This document shows, in pieces, positions 10,767-20,882 of a DNA stretch of 64,000 nt. Each line of letters starts with the position of its first letter. The first letter of the stretch is position 1. The notes beneath the pieces were generated by a model, which searched no databases, had not been told where the DNA came from, and saw nothing but the letters and a program-made list of their open reading frames with translations. Source of the DNA: an uncultured Planctomycetota bacterium (GTDB lineage Bacteria > Planctomycetota > Planctomycetia > Pirellulales > Lacipirellulaceae); NCBI GenBank assembly GCA_963719315.1, contig CAVRBU010000002.1:32001-96000 (forward strand). The letters are read 5' to 3'. Both the position numbers and the translations under genes were made by a program.

Positions 10767-11702
10767 ATGACAAAGAGCCCTCAACTCGTATCTCCCAAGC
10801 AAGTGGCGCGAGCGATCGGCGTTAGCGAATCGTCGTTGAAACGCTGGTGCGACCAGGGGCTGATCAAGACGGTCCGCACCGCTGGCGGTCACCGTAAGAT
10901 GGATATCGCCGAGGTTGTACGATACGTCCGCGAACAGAATCACAAACTGGTTTCACCGGAAATCCTCGGCCTGCCGCCGGCCAGCGACCATGCCAGTACT
11001 GGTGTGACGCATCGCGCGCAGCGGCTCGTCGACGCCCTGTTAGCCGGAGACGAGCTAGTTGCACGGCAGATCGTATTCGACCTATACCTGGCCAAGCACT
11101 CGCGGAGTGTGATCTTCGACGAGGTGATTGCTGCGGCCTTTCGTGAGATTGGGGAGCGCTGGGCATGTCAAGACGCGGAGGTCTACCAGGAACGACGAGC
11201 GTGTGAGATTGCACTGCGCGTTCTGTTCGACCTGCGGCGCGTGCAGCAAGTGCCTGAAATGAAATGGTTGGCAACCGGTGGCACGATCGAGGGCGACCTG
11301 TACTCGTTGCCGTCGGCGATGGCGGAGTTGGTGTTGCGCGACTGTGGCATTTACGCGACTTCGCTGGGCGCTTCGATCCCGTATTCTTCGCTCGTCAAAG
11401 CCGTCCAAGAGACGAAGCCCAAGCTGTTTTGGCTGAGTGTGTCGCACATTCGCGAGGGACTGAATTTCGTCACTGAATTCGCGGCTTTGTCGCAAGCGTG
11501 TACGGCTGCCGACACGGCGCTCGTTGTTGGAGGCCGAGCACTGACGGAGGAGTTGCGGCAACGCATGACCTACTCGGCGTACTGTGACACCATGCAACAC
11601 CTCGAAGCGTTCGCCACAACTCTGCACCGCTCGTTGACGAGTGGTCGCAAGACAAAGAAAAACGCCATGCCGCGGACGCCAACTCGCGCATCACGGAAGT
11701 AA
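10767..11702 (+). CDS. MerR/excisionase-type HTH regulator with cobalamin-binding-like domains (CarH/LitR-like architecture)
   Basis: N-terminal SPKQVARAIGVSESSLKRW...RTAGGHR; cap domain IGERW..QERR; Rossmann-like LGASIP..KPKLFWLS..VVGG. Confidence 0.85.
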   Translation: MTKSPQLVSPKQVARAIGVSESSLKRWCDQGLIKTVRTAGGHRKMDIAEVVRYVREQNHKLVSPEILGLPPASDHASTGVTHRAQRLVDALLAGDELVARQIVFDLYLAKHSRSVIFDEVIAAAFREIGERWACQDAEVYQERRACEIALRVLFDLRRVQQVPEMKWLATGGTIEGDLYSLPSAMAELVLRDCGIYATSLGASIPYSSLVKAVQETKPKLFWLSVSHIREGLNFVTEFAALSQACTAADTALVVGGRALTEELRQRMTYSAYCDTMQHLEAFATTLHRSLTSGRKTKKNAMPRTPTRASRK

Positions 11703-11769
11703 GGAAATTGTGCATCTGTTAAGTGTCAACTGGTCAACACCGTAAAGGTACCCAAAGGAATAATTTGAA

Positions 11770-12261
11770 ATGAATACATCTCGACTGCACTCGACCCGAA
11801 ACGATCTAAATGTGGAGTCGCGCGAGAGAATCGTTACGCTGCTCAATCAACATCTGGCCGACACGTTTGACCTCTACAGCCAGACGAAACAAGCTCATTG
11901 GAACGTCAAAGGCCCGCATTTCTTCGCGTTACACGAGTTGTTCGATAAGCTTGCCGCGCTACTGGTGGACGACGTTGATACGATCGCCGAGCGGGCAACC
12001 GCCTTGAACGGCACAGCACGGGGCACCGCCCGTCAGTCCGCCGCGGCTTCGAGATTGCCGGAGTACCCACTCGATGCGACGGCTAGTATGCAGCACGTTG
12101 AAGCCTTGGCCGTGCGCTACGCCGCACTTGCCGCAACGTGCCGGTCGGCGATCGACGCAGCCAGTCAACTCGGCGACGCCGACACAGCGGACTTGTTCAC
12201 CGAAATCTCACGGGGTTTGGACAAGTCCCTCTGGTTTCTGGAGAGCCACTTGCAAGCGTAG
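11770..12261 (+). CDS. dps: DNA starvation/stationary-phase protection protein Dps
   Basis: KQAHWNVKGPHFFALHELFD, DTIAER, LDKSLWFLESH. Confidence 0.95.
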   Translation: MNTSRLHSTRNDLNVESRERIVTLLNQHLADTFDLYSQTKQAHWNVKGPHFFALHELFDKLAALLVDDVDTIAERATALNGTARGTARQSAAASRLPEYPLDATASMQHVEALAVRYAALAATCRSAIDAASQLGDADTADLFTEISRGLDKSLWFLESHLQA

Positions 12262-12286
12262 TTTGTGGTGTCGTGAGTGACGATTT

Positions 12287-13282
12287 ATGACCAAGACATT
12301 AAGTACGACGGCGGCTTCCGAGCCGCCTCGATCGATCTCCAAGCTGCGGCTCGGGCTGTGCTGCCAGTTCGTCGAGCAGCCGATCAAGTTTTGCACCACA
12401 ACGGCGACTAACTTGCTGCGCTTGAGCGCCCGGGAACGACAACACAAGTTGTCGCGACTTTGCCTCTCGAATGCCGAATCGCTGCTGTCGGCATTACAGT
12501 ATTGTGCGGACAACGGCATTGGCTGTTTCCGAATCGGCAGCTCGATTCTACCCATCAAGACTCATCCACAGGTCGGCTATTCGGTCGACGAGTTGCCGGA
12601 TGCCGAAGCCATCATCGGGGCGTTTCGTTGCTGCGGTACATTCGCGGCCGAGCACGGTATCCGCACCGTATTTCATCCCGATCAATTCGTCGTGCTCAAT
12701 TCGCGGCATGAGGACGTGGTCGAGAAGTCGATTGACGATCTCGAATATCAAGCTGAGGTGGCCGAGTGGGTGGGGGCAGATGTCATTAACGTTCATGGCG
12801 GCGGGGCTTACGGCGACAAAACCGCGGCGCTGGCCAGGTTCGCCCGAAATCTCGATCGATTGTCCGACGCGGTTCGGTCGCGTCTGACCATTGAAAACGA
12901 CGACAAGGTCTACACGCCGACCGACCTGTTGCCGCTGTGCCGAGCTGCCGTCCTGCCGCTCGTTTACGACGTCCATCATCACCGCTGCCTTCCGGATGGC
13001 TTGACCACTGAGCAATCGACGGATGCGGCGCTCTGCACGTGGGGCCGCGAACCACTCTTTCATATCTCCAGCCCACTGGCAGGCTGGAACGGACCAAAAC
13101 CTCAGCGACATCACGACTATATCGACCTCGGAGATTTTCCAGACTGCTGGCGACGGCTTTCCGTGACTGTCGAAGTTGAGGCAAAAGCCAAGGAACTCGC
13201 CGTGCTCCGGCTGCGCGACGAATTGCTCAGTGCAGTTGACACAACGTTTCGCCACCCATCCCGAACAGGAGTCAGCCGATGA
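12287..13282 (+). CDS. uvsE: UV DNA damage endonuclease UvsE
   Basis: LGLCC, FRIGS, HPDQFVVLNS, HGGG, IENDD, YDVHHH, EVEAKAKE. Confidence 0.93.
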   Translation: MTKTLSTTAASEPPRSISKLRLGLCCQFVEQPIKFCTTTATNLLRLSARERQHKLSRLCLSNAESLLSALQYCADNGIGCFRIGSSILPIKTHPQVGYSVDELPDAEAIIGAFRCCGTFAAEHGIRTVFHPDQFVVLNSRHEDVVEKSIDDLEYQAEVAEWVGADVINVHGGGAYGDKTAALARFARNLDRLSDAVRSRLTIENDDKVYTPTDLLPLCRAAVLPLVYDVHHHRCLPDGLTTEQSTDAALCTWGREPLFHISSPLAGWNGPKPQRHHDYIDLGDFPDCWRRLSVTVEVEAKAKELAVLRLRDELLSAVDTTFRHPSRTGVSR

Positions 13283-13827
13283 ATCTCCAAGCGAAACAGG
13301 CGCCCCCTGAGAGGCGAGATTCGATGAGAATCGTCCGTTCACCGAGCGGTCGCGGCTACCGGCTGGAGTCCTCGCAGTTCCTGCCGTATCCGCGGGATCA
13401 GGTGTTCGAGTTCTTTTCCGATGCATCGAATCTGCAATCCCTGACCCCGGCTTGGTTGCACTTTTCCGTGGTCACGCCGCCCCCCATTCACATCGCGGTT
13501 GGAACGCTCATTGACTACCGGCTACGAATCCACGGCGTGCCGCTTCACTGGCAAAGTCGCATCAGCGTGTGGGAGCCGCCGCTGCGTTTCATAGACGAAC
13601 AGACGCACGGTCCGTATCGGCGTTGGCACCATGAGCATTTGTTCGAGGCAGTCGAGGGCGGCACGCTGTGCCACGACATTGTCGACTACGCCGTATACGG
13701 TGGGTCGATAATCAACACGTTCTTTGTGCGTCCCGATTTATTCAAAATATTTTCCTTTCGCCAGGGCAAACTCCGCGAACTGTTTCCAGAAACCGGCGCT
13801 TCGACGGTGCAGTTCACCGGGGTTTGA
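13279..13827 (+). CDS. SRPBCC family protein
   Basis: VFEFFSDASNLQSLTP, FIDEQTHGPYRRWHHEH. Confidence 0.88.
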   Translation: MNLQAKQAPPERRDSMRIVRSPSGRGYRLESSQFLPYPRDQVFEFFSDASNLQSLTPAWLHFSVVTPPPIHIAVGTLIDYRLRIHGVPLHWQSRISVWEPPLRFIDEQTHGPYRRWHHEHLFEAVEGGTLCHDIVDYAVYGGSIINTFFVRPDLFKIFSFRQGKLRELFPETGASTVQFTGV

Positions 13828-13841
13828 CGAGGAATACGGCC

Positions 13842-15782
13842 ATGCCAGGCAAAGTTCTACTCACGGGAGCAAGCGGTTACGTGGGAGGCCGATTACTGCG
13901 CCTCTTATCCGAGCGCTCGATCCCCGTGCGTTGCCTGGCTCGGCATCCCGAGTTTCTGTCCGCTCGCGTCACAGACACCGTCGAGGTTGTACGGGGCGAT
14001 GTTCTGGACCGCGAGTCGCTCTCGGCCGCGATGGCCGGCGTCGAGACGGCGTACTACTTTGTGCATTCGATGGGATCAGCCGAAGACTTCGAGGAGACGG
14101 ATCGGCGAGCCGCACGGAACTTCGCCGAGGCCGCGCGTGAGGCCGGGGTGCAACGCATCATTTATCTGGGTGGGCTGGGCGACGACGAAGACCAACTTTC
14201 GCCACATCTCCGCAGCCGCCACGAAGTTGGTCAGCTCCTCCGCTCAACTGGCGTGCAAGTGATCGAGTTCCGAGCTTCGATCGTACTGGGTTCGGGCAGC
14301 TTGTCGTTTGAGATGATTCGTGCCCTCGTCGAGAAGCTGCCCGTAATGATCACGCCACGCTGGGTTGCAGTTCCGGCGCAGCCGATCGCAATCGAGGACC
14401 TGCTCAACTATCTTGTTGCCGCACTCCAACTGAGCGGGAGCAACTCGTGCGTCTATGAAATTGGCGGCGCGGACCATGTGTCGTATGGCGAATTGATGCG
14501 AGAATATGCGCGACAGAGAGGCCTGCGACGGCTGCTCATTAGGGTGCCGGTGTTAACACCTCGGCTGTCAAGTTTGTGGCTCGGTCTGGTCACTCCGCTT
14601 TACGCCCGGATTGGCCGAAAACTAATCGACAGTATTCGGCATCCGACTCTCGTTCGAGACCCGTCGGCGCTAGCCGATTTCGACATTCGTCCGGTTGGCT
14701 ACCGAGAAGCAATTTCCGCGGCATTGCAAAACGAAGACCGGGAGATTGCGGAAACTCGCTGGTCGAACGCAGTTTCCTCCAGCGGTGCGACACGTTCGTG
14801 GGCCGGTGTGCGATTCGGCAATCGCTTGATTGATTCACGTGTTGAGTCGAGTCCCATGTCACCGGAACACGCCTTTGTCCCGATTCGGCGAATCGGCGGC
14901 GATCGGGGATGGTATTACGCCGATGGTTTGTGGAAGCTGCGCGGACTGCTCGACCTTTTAGTTGGAGGCATCGGGCTTCGCCGCGGCCGCCGCGATCGGG
15001 ATCAGGTCCGAATGGGGGACACTATCGATTGCTGGCGAGTTGAAGCCTATGAGCCAGATCGTCGACTGCGACTCTTGGCCGAGATGCGTCTGCCCGGCCG
15101 AGCGTGGCTCGAATTCGAAGTTCAGCCCACGACGAGTGGTTCGCAGATTCGGCAGACTGCTATGTTCGATCCGGTCGGCCTGGCTGGACTTGCGTATTGG
15201 TATCTTGTTTATCCGCTGCACCAAATAGTATTCGCGGGCATGTTGCGCGGCATCGTCCGAGCCGGTCGCGAATTCGTAGACGCTCACGTTGAGCCCTGGC
15301 GACCATCGCGCGCGAGGCAAACCGCGTGGCTGTTTGGCCTTGTCGCAATCTGTTTTGCCGCGGCGGCCGCAGGCGGGACTTTAACTTCCACGTCAGTCGG
15401 TGACTGGTATCAAACGCTCAAGAAACCGAGTTGGACACCACCGGATTGGCTTTTCGGTCCCGCCTGGACAGCGCTGTATTTCCTGATGGCTGTTTCGGCC
15501 TGGCTCGTATGGCGACGTGGCGGTTGGCGCAGGTCACGAGTATCCCTTGGACTATTTGGGCTGCAACTCATGCTCAACGTGGGTTGGTCGGCCATCTTCT
15601 TCGGAATGCGTAGTCCAGGCTTCGCGTTCGGTGAGATTTTGATCCTGTGGCTGGCGATTACTGCGACGGCCGTAAGCTTCTGGGGCCAATCTGCGTCTGC
15701 TGCCCTATTGTTCACGCCCTATCTCGCCTGGACCAGTTTCGCTGGTTTGTTGAACTTCGCGATATGGAGAATGAATTCATGA
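13842..15782 (+). CDS. YbjT-like NAD(P)H-binding/DUF2867 protein fused to a C-terminal TspO/MBR domain
   Basis: TGASGYVG Rossmann motif; AEMRLPGRAWLEF (DUF2867-like); WYQTLKKPSWTPPDWLFGPAWTALY, LNVGWSAIFFG, PYLAWTSFA (TspO) in one open frame. Confidence 0.88.
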   Translation: MPGKVLLTGASGYVGGRLLRLLSERSIPVRCLARHPEFLSARVTDTVEVVRGDVLDRESLSAAMAGVETAYYFVHSMGSAEDFEETDRRAARNFAEAAREAGVQRIIYLGGLGDDEDQLSPHLRSRHEVGQLLRSTGVQVIEFRASIVLGSGSLSFEMIRALVEKLPVMITPRWVAVPAQPIAIEDLLNYLVAALQLSGSNSCVYEIGGADHVSYGELMREYARQRGLRRLLIRVPVLTPRLSSLWLGLVTPLYARIGRKLIDSIRHPTLVRDPSALADFDIRPVGYREAISAALQNEDREIAETRWSNAVSSSGATRSWAGVRFGNRLIDSRVESSPMSPEHAFVPIRRIGGDRGWYYADGLWKLRGLLDLLVGGIGLRRGRRDRDQVRMGDTIDCWRVEAYEPDRRLRLLAEMRLPGRAWLEFEVQPTTSGSQIRQTAMFDPVGLAGLAYWYLVYPLHQIVFAGMLRGIVRAGREFVDAHVEPWRPSRARQTAWLFGLVAICFAAAAAGGTLTSTSVGDWYQTLKKPSWTPPDWLFGPAWTALYFLMAVSAWLVWRRGGWRRSRVSLGLFGLQLMLNVGWSAIFFGMRSPGFAFGEILILWLAITATAVSFWGQSASAALLFTPYLAWTSFAGLLNFAIWRMNS

Positions 15783-16720
15783 GTGGTGCAACTTCAACCG
15801 TCGTAGTGCCAGCGCCAAGACGCGCGTTGGAGCGTCCTCGATCGTTGCCCGAGTCGTTACCCGATCCGAGCGACAAGCCGGACTGGTTTAGGCTGGGTGC
15901 GTTGGTGTTCATGCACGCCGGTTGTCTGGGCGTAGTGTGGGTGGGCTGGAGTTGGACGGCCGTCAGCCTCGCAGCGCTGTTCTATCTTGGTCGCGCGTTT
16001 GGGCTGACCGGCTTCTATCACCGCTATTTTTCGCATCGAGCATTCAGAACATCTCGATGGTTGCAGTTCGTAGGCGCCCTGCTGGGATGCTTGGCGCTGC
16101 AAAAAGGACCTCTGTGGTGGGCCGCTCATCACCGCGAACACCACCGCAGTTCCGACCATGAGGGCGATGTTCATTCCCCTCACGTACATGGCTTTGTCTG
16201 GGCTCACATGGGCTGGTTTCTCACGCCCCGAAACAACGAATTACGAGCCGACTTAATCCGCGATTGGATGAAGTTTCCCGAACTACGCTGGCTCGATCGC
16301 TGTGCTCCCTTGGTCGCGCTCCTTTTCGCGGCAACGCTCTACGGGCTTGGTGAGCTGCTTCACGTGTCGATGCCCGGCCTGAGTGTTAATGGTCCGCAGC
16401 TTCTCGTCTGGGGTTTCTTCCTGTCAACCGTGACTCTTTACCACGCGACGTACTCCGTTAACTCGTTGGCCCACATGTTCGGCGGTCGGCGATTTGCCAC
16501 CGCGGACGATAGCCGAAATAACTTGCTCGTCGCGATGCTTACGCTGGGAGAAGGCTGGCACAACAACCATCATCACTACCCATCGTCCGCGCGCCAGGGG
16601 TTCTTCTGGTGGGAGATCGACCCAACATATTACGTGCTGGTTGGTTTGGAAAGGTTGGGTTTAGTCTGGGATTTGCGCCCTGTTCCGCAGCATGTGCTTG
16701 GGCGGGAACTCGACGAGTGA
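15779..16720 (+). CDS. Acyl-CoA (delta-9 type) fatty acid desaturase
   Basis: His boxes YHRYFSH, HHREHH, GEGWHNNHH. Confidence 0.92.
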   Translation: MSGATSTVVVPAPRRALERPRSLPESLPDPSDKPDWFRLGALVFMHAGCLGVVWVGWSWTAVSLAALFYLGRAFGLTGFYHRYFSHRAFRTSRWLQFVGALLGCLALQKGPLWWAAHHREHHRSSDHEGDVHSPHVHGFVWAHMGWFLTPRNNELRADLIRDWMKFPELRWLDRCAPLVALLFAATLYGLGELLHVSMPGLSVNGPQLLVWGFFLSTVTLYHATYSVNSLAHMFGGRRFATADDSRNNLLVAMLTLGEGWHNNHHHYPSSARQGFFWWEIDPTYYVLVGLERLGLVWDLRPVPQHVLGRELDE

Positions 16721-16755
16721 TCTGGCTCGACACTTTATCGATACTAAAAGCTGTT

Positions 16756-17805
16756 ATGTCCGAACCGTTTGACGCACTGTTGCTGGTATCCTTTGGCGGT
16801 CCAGAATGCCGTGAAGACGTGATTCCGTTCCTGCAAAACGTCACTCGCGGCAAGAATGTACCGCGTGAGCGGCTGCTGGAAGTAGCCGAGCACTACTACT
16901 ACTTTGACGGCATCAGTCCGATCAACCAGCAAAACCGCGAACTCATGGCCGCTCTGAGTACGGAATTGGCGAAACATGGTCGCCATCTGCCGATCTACTG
17001 GGGCAACCGCAATTGGCATCCAATGATCCCTGACGCAATCCGCCAGATGCGCGATGACGGGGTGCGGCGAGCGCTGGCCTTCGTCACGTCGGCGTTCAGT
17101 TCGTATTCCGGCTGCCGCCAGTATCGCGAGGACATCGAACGGGCGTGCGCCGAAGTTGGCTCCGCTGCCCCGCTGGTCGAGAAACTTCGACCATTTTTCA
17201 ATCATCCCGGCTTCATCGAGGCCGTTGTAGGTCGGGTGCAGGAAGCACTCGAAAGTGTCTCGGCCGATTTTAGTACCCAGACGCAACTCGTCTTTACGGC
17301 CCACAGCATCCCCATTGCAATGTCGAAGGGCTGCCGCTATGCCGAGCAACTGCGTGAGTCATGCTCGTTGGTTGCAGATCGCGTCGGACAATTGCCGTGG
17401 ACCTTAACCTTTCAAAGCCGCAGTGGATCGCCGAGTCAGCCCTGGCTGGAACCAGATATCTGCGATTGGCTACGTGAGTTCTCCCAACAGGGCGAGCGGA
17501 CGAATGTCGTCGTGATCCCGATCGGCTTCATTTCGGATCACGTGGAAATTCTGTTTGACCTCGACCGCGAAGCTCGGTCCATCGCCAATGCATGCGGCTT
17601 GCAGATGGCAAGAGCCGGCACCGTTGGGACACATCCCCGCTTTATCCACATGATACGTGAATTGATCAGCGAACGAATGGATGGGTTGCCGCCACAATCA
17701 CTGGGTGTGCTGGGACCCAACCCAGATGTGTGCCCGGAAGACTGCTGCCTTTCCAGACGTCCCGCGTTGCCCAATGTTGTGACTTCAATTACCACGAGGG
17801 TTTAA
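16756..17805 (+). CDS. hemH: Ferrochelatase
   Basis: LLVSFGGPE, WGNRNWHP, FTAHSIP, FQSRSG..WLEPD, PIGFISDHVE. Confidence 0.92.
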   Translation: MSEPFDALLLVSFGGPECREDVIPFLQNVTRGKNVPRERLLEVAEHYYYFDGISPINQQNRELMAALSTELAKHGRHLPIYWGNRNWHPMIPDAIRQMRDDGVRRALAFVTSAFSSYSGCRQYREDIERACAEVGSAAPLVEKLRPFFNHPGFIEAVVGRVQEALESVSADFSTQTQLVFTAHSIPIAMSKGCRYAEQLRESCSLVADRVGQLPWTLTFQSRSGSPSQPWLEPDICDWLREFSQQGERTNVVVIPIGFISDHVEILFDLDREARSIANACGLQMARAGTVGTHPRFIHMIRELISERMDGLPPQSLGVLGPNPDVCPEDCCLSRRPALPNVVTSITTRV

Positions 17806-17806
17806 G

Positions 17807-18223
17807 ATGCAAAACTGGAAGCTGTTCGCAATCCTGTTGCCAATTTTCCTATTCATCGACTTGCTCTGGTTGGGCATCGTCATGAAAGGGTTTTACAGCC
17901 AGGAGCTTGGTGAGTTGGCTCGCCGACAAGGAACGGCGCTCGCTCCTCGGTGGGGCGCCGCGGTATTGGTGTACCTGCTGATTCCCGGCGGCCTAGTTCT
18001 GTTTGTGCGGCCACTGCTGGGAGTGAACGCTACGACCTGGCAAGCAATTGGCTGGGGCGCGCTCTATGGTCTAGTTCTATATGGGGTTTATGACCTGACG
18101 AATCTGGCCGTGCTAGAAAAGTGGACTGTGCGCATGACCTTAGCCGACATCGCCTGGGGTTGCGTGTTGTGCGGTACGATCAGCGCCATCATGCGGCTCG
18201 TCGAGAACTGGCTCAATCGCTAG
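17807..18223 (+). CDS. DUF2177 family membrane protein
   Basis: IDLLWLG, YGVYDLTNLA, DIAWG. Confidence 0.85.
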   Translation: MQNWKLFAILLPIFLFIDLLWLGIVMKGFYSQELGELARRQGTALAPRWGAAVLVYLLIPGGLVLFVRPLLGVNATTWQAIGWGALYGLVLYGVYDLTNLAVLEKWTVRMTLADIAWGCVLCGTISAIMRLVENWLNR

Positions 18224-18257
18224 GGCGTTCAGGCAACCATGTTGGAGTCAAATCTTT

Positions 18258-18746
18258 ATGGAACGGAACTCGCCAGACCACGAAAGATACATGAAGCTCG
18301 CTATTGCCTCTGCTCGACGCAATCCTGAGTGCCCGTTTGGGGCCGTGCTCGTCGACTCTCGTCGCGCCGAAGTCGTGGCGGAGGGCTACAATCGAACTAC
18401 CAATAACCCAACGTGGCACGGAGAGATGGACGCGATCAACCGCTACTCCGAGCAGTCAAAGAGCGAACCATGGCAGCATTTGCACCTCTACACGACCGCG
18501 GAGCCCTGCTGCATGTGCCAAGGCGCAATTCTCTGGGCAGAGATTCCATTGGTTGTCTACGGGACGTCGATTGAGCGGCTTCAGCAGATGGGTTGGAAGC
18601 AAATTGATATCTACGCCAACGAAGTGGCCCGCAGGACACCGTTCGCAAAATGTCAAATTATCGGAGGTGTCCTAGCGGAAGAGTGTGGTCGGTTATTCAC
18701 GTCGGCCGCTACATTGCGGGAGCCCGACTCGACGAAAAGTGCTTAG
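18258..18746 (+). CDS. Nucleoside deaminase (TadA/guanine deaminase-like zinc family)
   Basis: PFGAVLV, HGEMDAI, EPCCMC. Confidence 0.9.
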   Translation: MERNSPDHERYMKLAIASARRNPECPFGAVLVDSRRAEVVAEGYNRTTNNPTWHGEMDAINRYSEQSKSEPWQHLHLYTTAEPCCMCQGAILWAEIPLVVYGTSIERLQQMGWKQIDIYANEVARRTPFAKCQIIGGVLAEECGRLFTSAATLREPDSTKSA

Positions 18747-19169
18747 AACCCCTAACAAAACCCTTCGGTGAGTATGTTGAAGCAGATGAGAGATTGAGCC
18801 AGAGTCACAAAGGCTTTATGGATATCGGCCCTCCGATCAAATCGCGTTCGCAGCCGCCGGAAATTATTCATCCAACTGAGCGTACGTTCGGAAACCCAAC
18901 GATAAATTCCTAGGCCGCTGCCATGTTCCGTATTGCGTTTAGCCAAGTGGGGTTTGATGCCGCGATCGCGGAGTGCTTGTCGGTGCTTTTCGGAGTCGTA
19001 CGCCCGATCCGCATACACCTCTTCCGGACGCTGTTTCGGCCGGCCCGGTTTGCCCGCCACCGGCTCGATTCCGTCAATCAACGGGATCAGTTGGGTCACG
19101 TCGTGTCGATTGGCGGCGGTGAGAATGAATTTGAGCGGGACGCCGTTCGCATCGGTGACCACATGATGT

Positions 19170-20135
19170 TTACTGCCGGGTTTTCGCCGATCCGTTGGGT
19201 TCGGTCCTGCTCAGTAGAAAACCTAGGTGTTGTCTGAGAATCGAGATGTTGTGAGTGAGTGTTTTGAGGAGCAGGAGTCGGCAGCGGCGCCAGTGGGTGC
19301 GGGCGTTGACGACTTCTCCCGAGAGACGTTTGATCATCGAGTAGACGGTTTCCACCTGCCAACGTTGTCCATAACGACTTTCGTGCAAATGACGTTTCAT
19401 CTGCTTTCGATAGCGGCCCACGGGTTCCCCGGCCGGCGGTCGGCCGTGCTCGGCGGGGATCAGGGACTGAATCCCCAGTTCGTCGCGGGCCAACACGTGG
19501 TTGGCTTCGCTGTCGAAGCCGGCGTCCGCCGCGACCGCCTTCACTCCGGTGCGAGCCTGCGCTTCGACGACGAGCGGGCGGAAATCGCCGAAGTCGGGCC
19601 GCGGTCCCTGGCTAGCCCGGGCCGCCAGGCAGAAATGACTCGTCGTGTCGCAGACCACGCCCAGCTTGGGGTAGCGGCGATAGGAGACGGCGCACGTTCG
19701 TCCGTGTTTTCCCACCTTTTTTCGACGCCAGGCATAGTAGCGACTGGTGTGCCGCGCTTCGAAGCCGCTGGTGTCGATGGCTGCCAATCGCACGGAGCGG
19801 CGGAGCAGCTTGGCCTTCCGTGCCCGCTGGACCGTGGCCGTGATCAGCCGTTGAAACGACTTCTTCACCAACAACCGATCGGCCGACTTTTGCAGCGTCG
19901 TGAAGTGGGGCACCTTTTCCAGGCCGATCGCTTCGCACAGCGAATCGCTGTCCGCCAACAGGCCAACGGTGCCCCGATAGGTCAGGTTGTAAAAATCCTT
20001 GAGCACCAGACAGGCAAACAGTTGATGCTGCGTGAAGACCCGTGGGCTGAACCGATGCGAGTACCGCGGCAGCGAAGCCTGGGCCACGGCCAGTGCCTCG
20101 ACCAACACGCGCTTCGGACTCTTGCTCGTCTTCAT
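19170..20135 (-). CDS. DDE transposase of the inner IS
   Basis: AIDTSG, AADAGFDS, RWQVETVYSMIKR catalytic motifs. Confidence 0.9.
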   Translation of the reverse strand: MKTSKSPKRVLVEALAVAQASLPRYSHRFSPRVFTQHQLFACLVLKDFYNLTYRGTVGLLADSDSLCEAIGLEKVPHFTTLQKSADRLLVKKSFQRLITATVQRARKAKLLRRSVRLAAIDTSGFEARHTSRYYAWRRKKVGKHGRTCAVSYRRYPKLGVVCDTTSHFCLAARASQGPRPDFGDFRPLVVEAQARTGVKAVAADAGFDSEANHVLARDELGIQSLIPAEHGRPPAGEPVGRYRKQMKRHLHESRYGQRWQVETVYSMIKRLSGEVVNARTHWRRCRLLLLKTLTHNISILRQHLGFLLSRTEPNGSAKTRQ

Positions 20136-20200
20136 CCACCGTCATACGAACCAACACACACCGATGTTTAGCTAGCATTCAGACGTTTTCTACTGAGCAG
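19207..20200 (-). mobile_element. 994-bp IS (DDE_Tnp_1-type transposase, IS4/IS5-like) nested in the IS5 element
   Basis: Perfect 16-bp TIRs CTGCTCAGTAGAAAAC / GTTTTCTACTGAGCAG; 7-bp target duplication TTCGGTC (19200-19206, 20201-20207). Confidence 0.93.
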
Positions 20201-20882
20201 TTCGGTCCCGTTTTTTCGCCGCCCCCTACAGCACGAACCGTCGCACTATCGACTGCCGCTCGCGACCAATCGAGTTGATCGGCGCTGCGCAGATTCTCCA
20301 ACAATGTTTGTTTCAACGCCTCCCAGACGCCTGCTTCGTGCCACTCCTGTAACCGTCGCCAGCAGGTCATTCCAGATCCACATCCCATTTCCAGGGGAAG
20401 ATATTCCCAAGGAATACCCGTTCGTAAAACAAAAATGATTCCGGTCAAGACTTTGCGATCATCGATCCGCGGTCGGCCTCCTTTGGGGCTCGGTTCGTGT
20501 TCAGGGAGTAAAGGAGACAACATCTCCCACAATTCGTCAGGAACTAATTCTTTAGCCATCGTTGGTCCTCCAGATAGTTGGTTTCACTCCAAAGGAATTC
20601 TGGGGACAATCAACGCCGTGTCACGACTGCAATTTCAAAAACAAGTTTTACATCTTCCACAACGACTCGAATCAATTACTAGCACTGCTAGTAGACAGTA
20701 TTGTTAGGGGTTCTTAGATCTCCGTGAACGGTTCTGCTTTCTGGCACGGCAGGGATACGTAGGCGGACGCTTGTTGCCAATGTTGGAGCAGCGAGGCTGT
20801 CGAGTTCGAACGTCAGATTCGTCCGCCCATTTAACCGACCTTTAACCCTTACTTCCAGTACTTCCAGCAAAGAACCCATTTC

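Larger units (their letters stand above)
18752..20559 (-). pseudogene. IS5-family transposase split by the inner IS (5' part 20201-20559, 3' part 18752-19206)
   Basis: GGRPRIDDR..LRTGIPW..DSATVRA; YADRAYDS, RWVSERT; removing the insert rejoins GGEKTGPN-PTDRRKPGSKH in frame. Confidence 0.88.
18746..20713 (-). mobile_element. IS5-family element interrupted by a second IS
   Basis: 13-bp TIRs GAACCCCTAACAA (18746) and TTGTTAGGGGTTC (20713), flanked by TTA on both sides. Confidence 0.9.
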
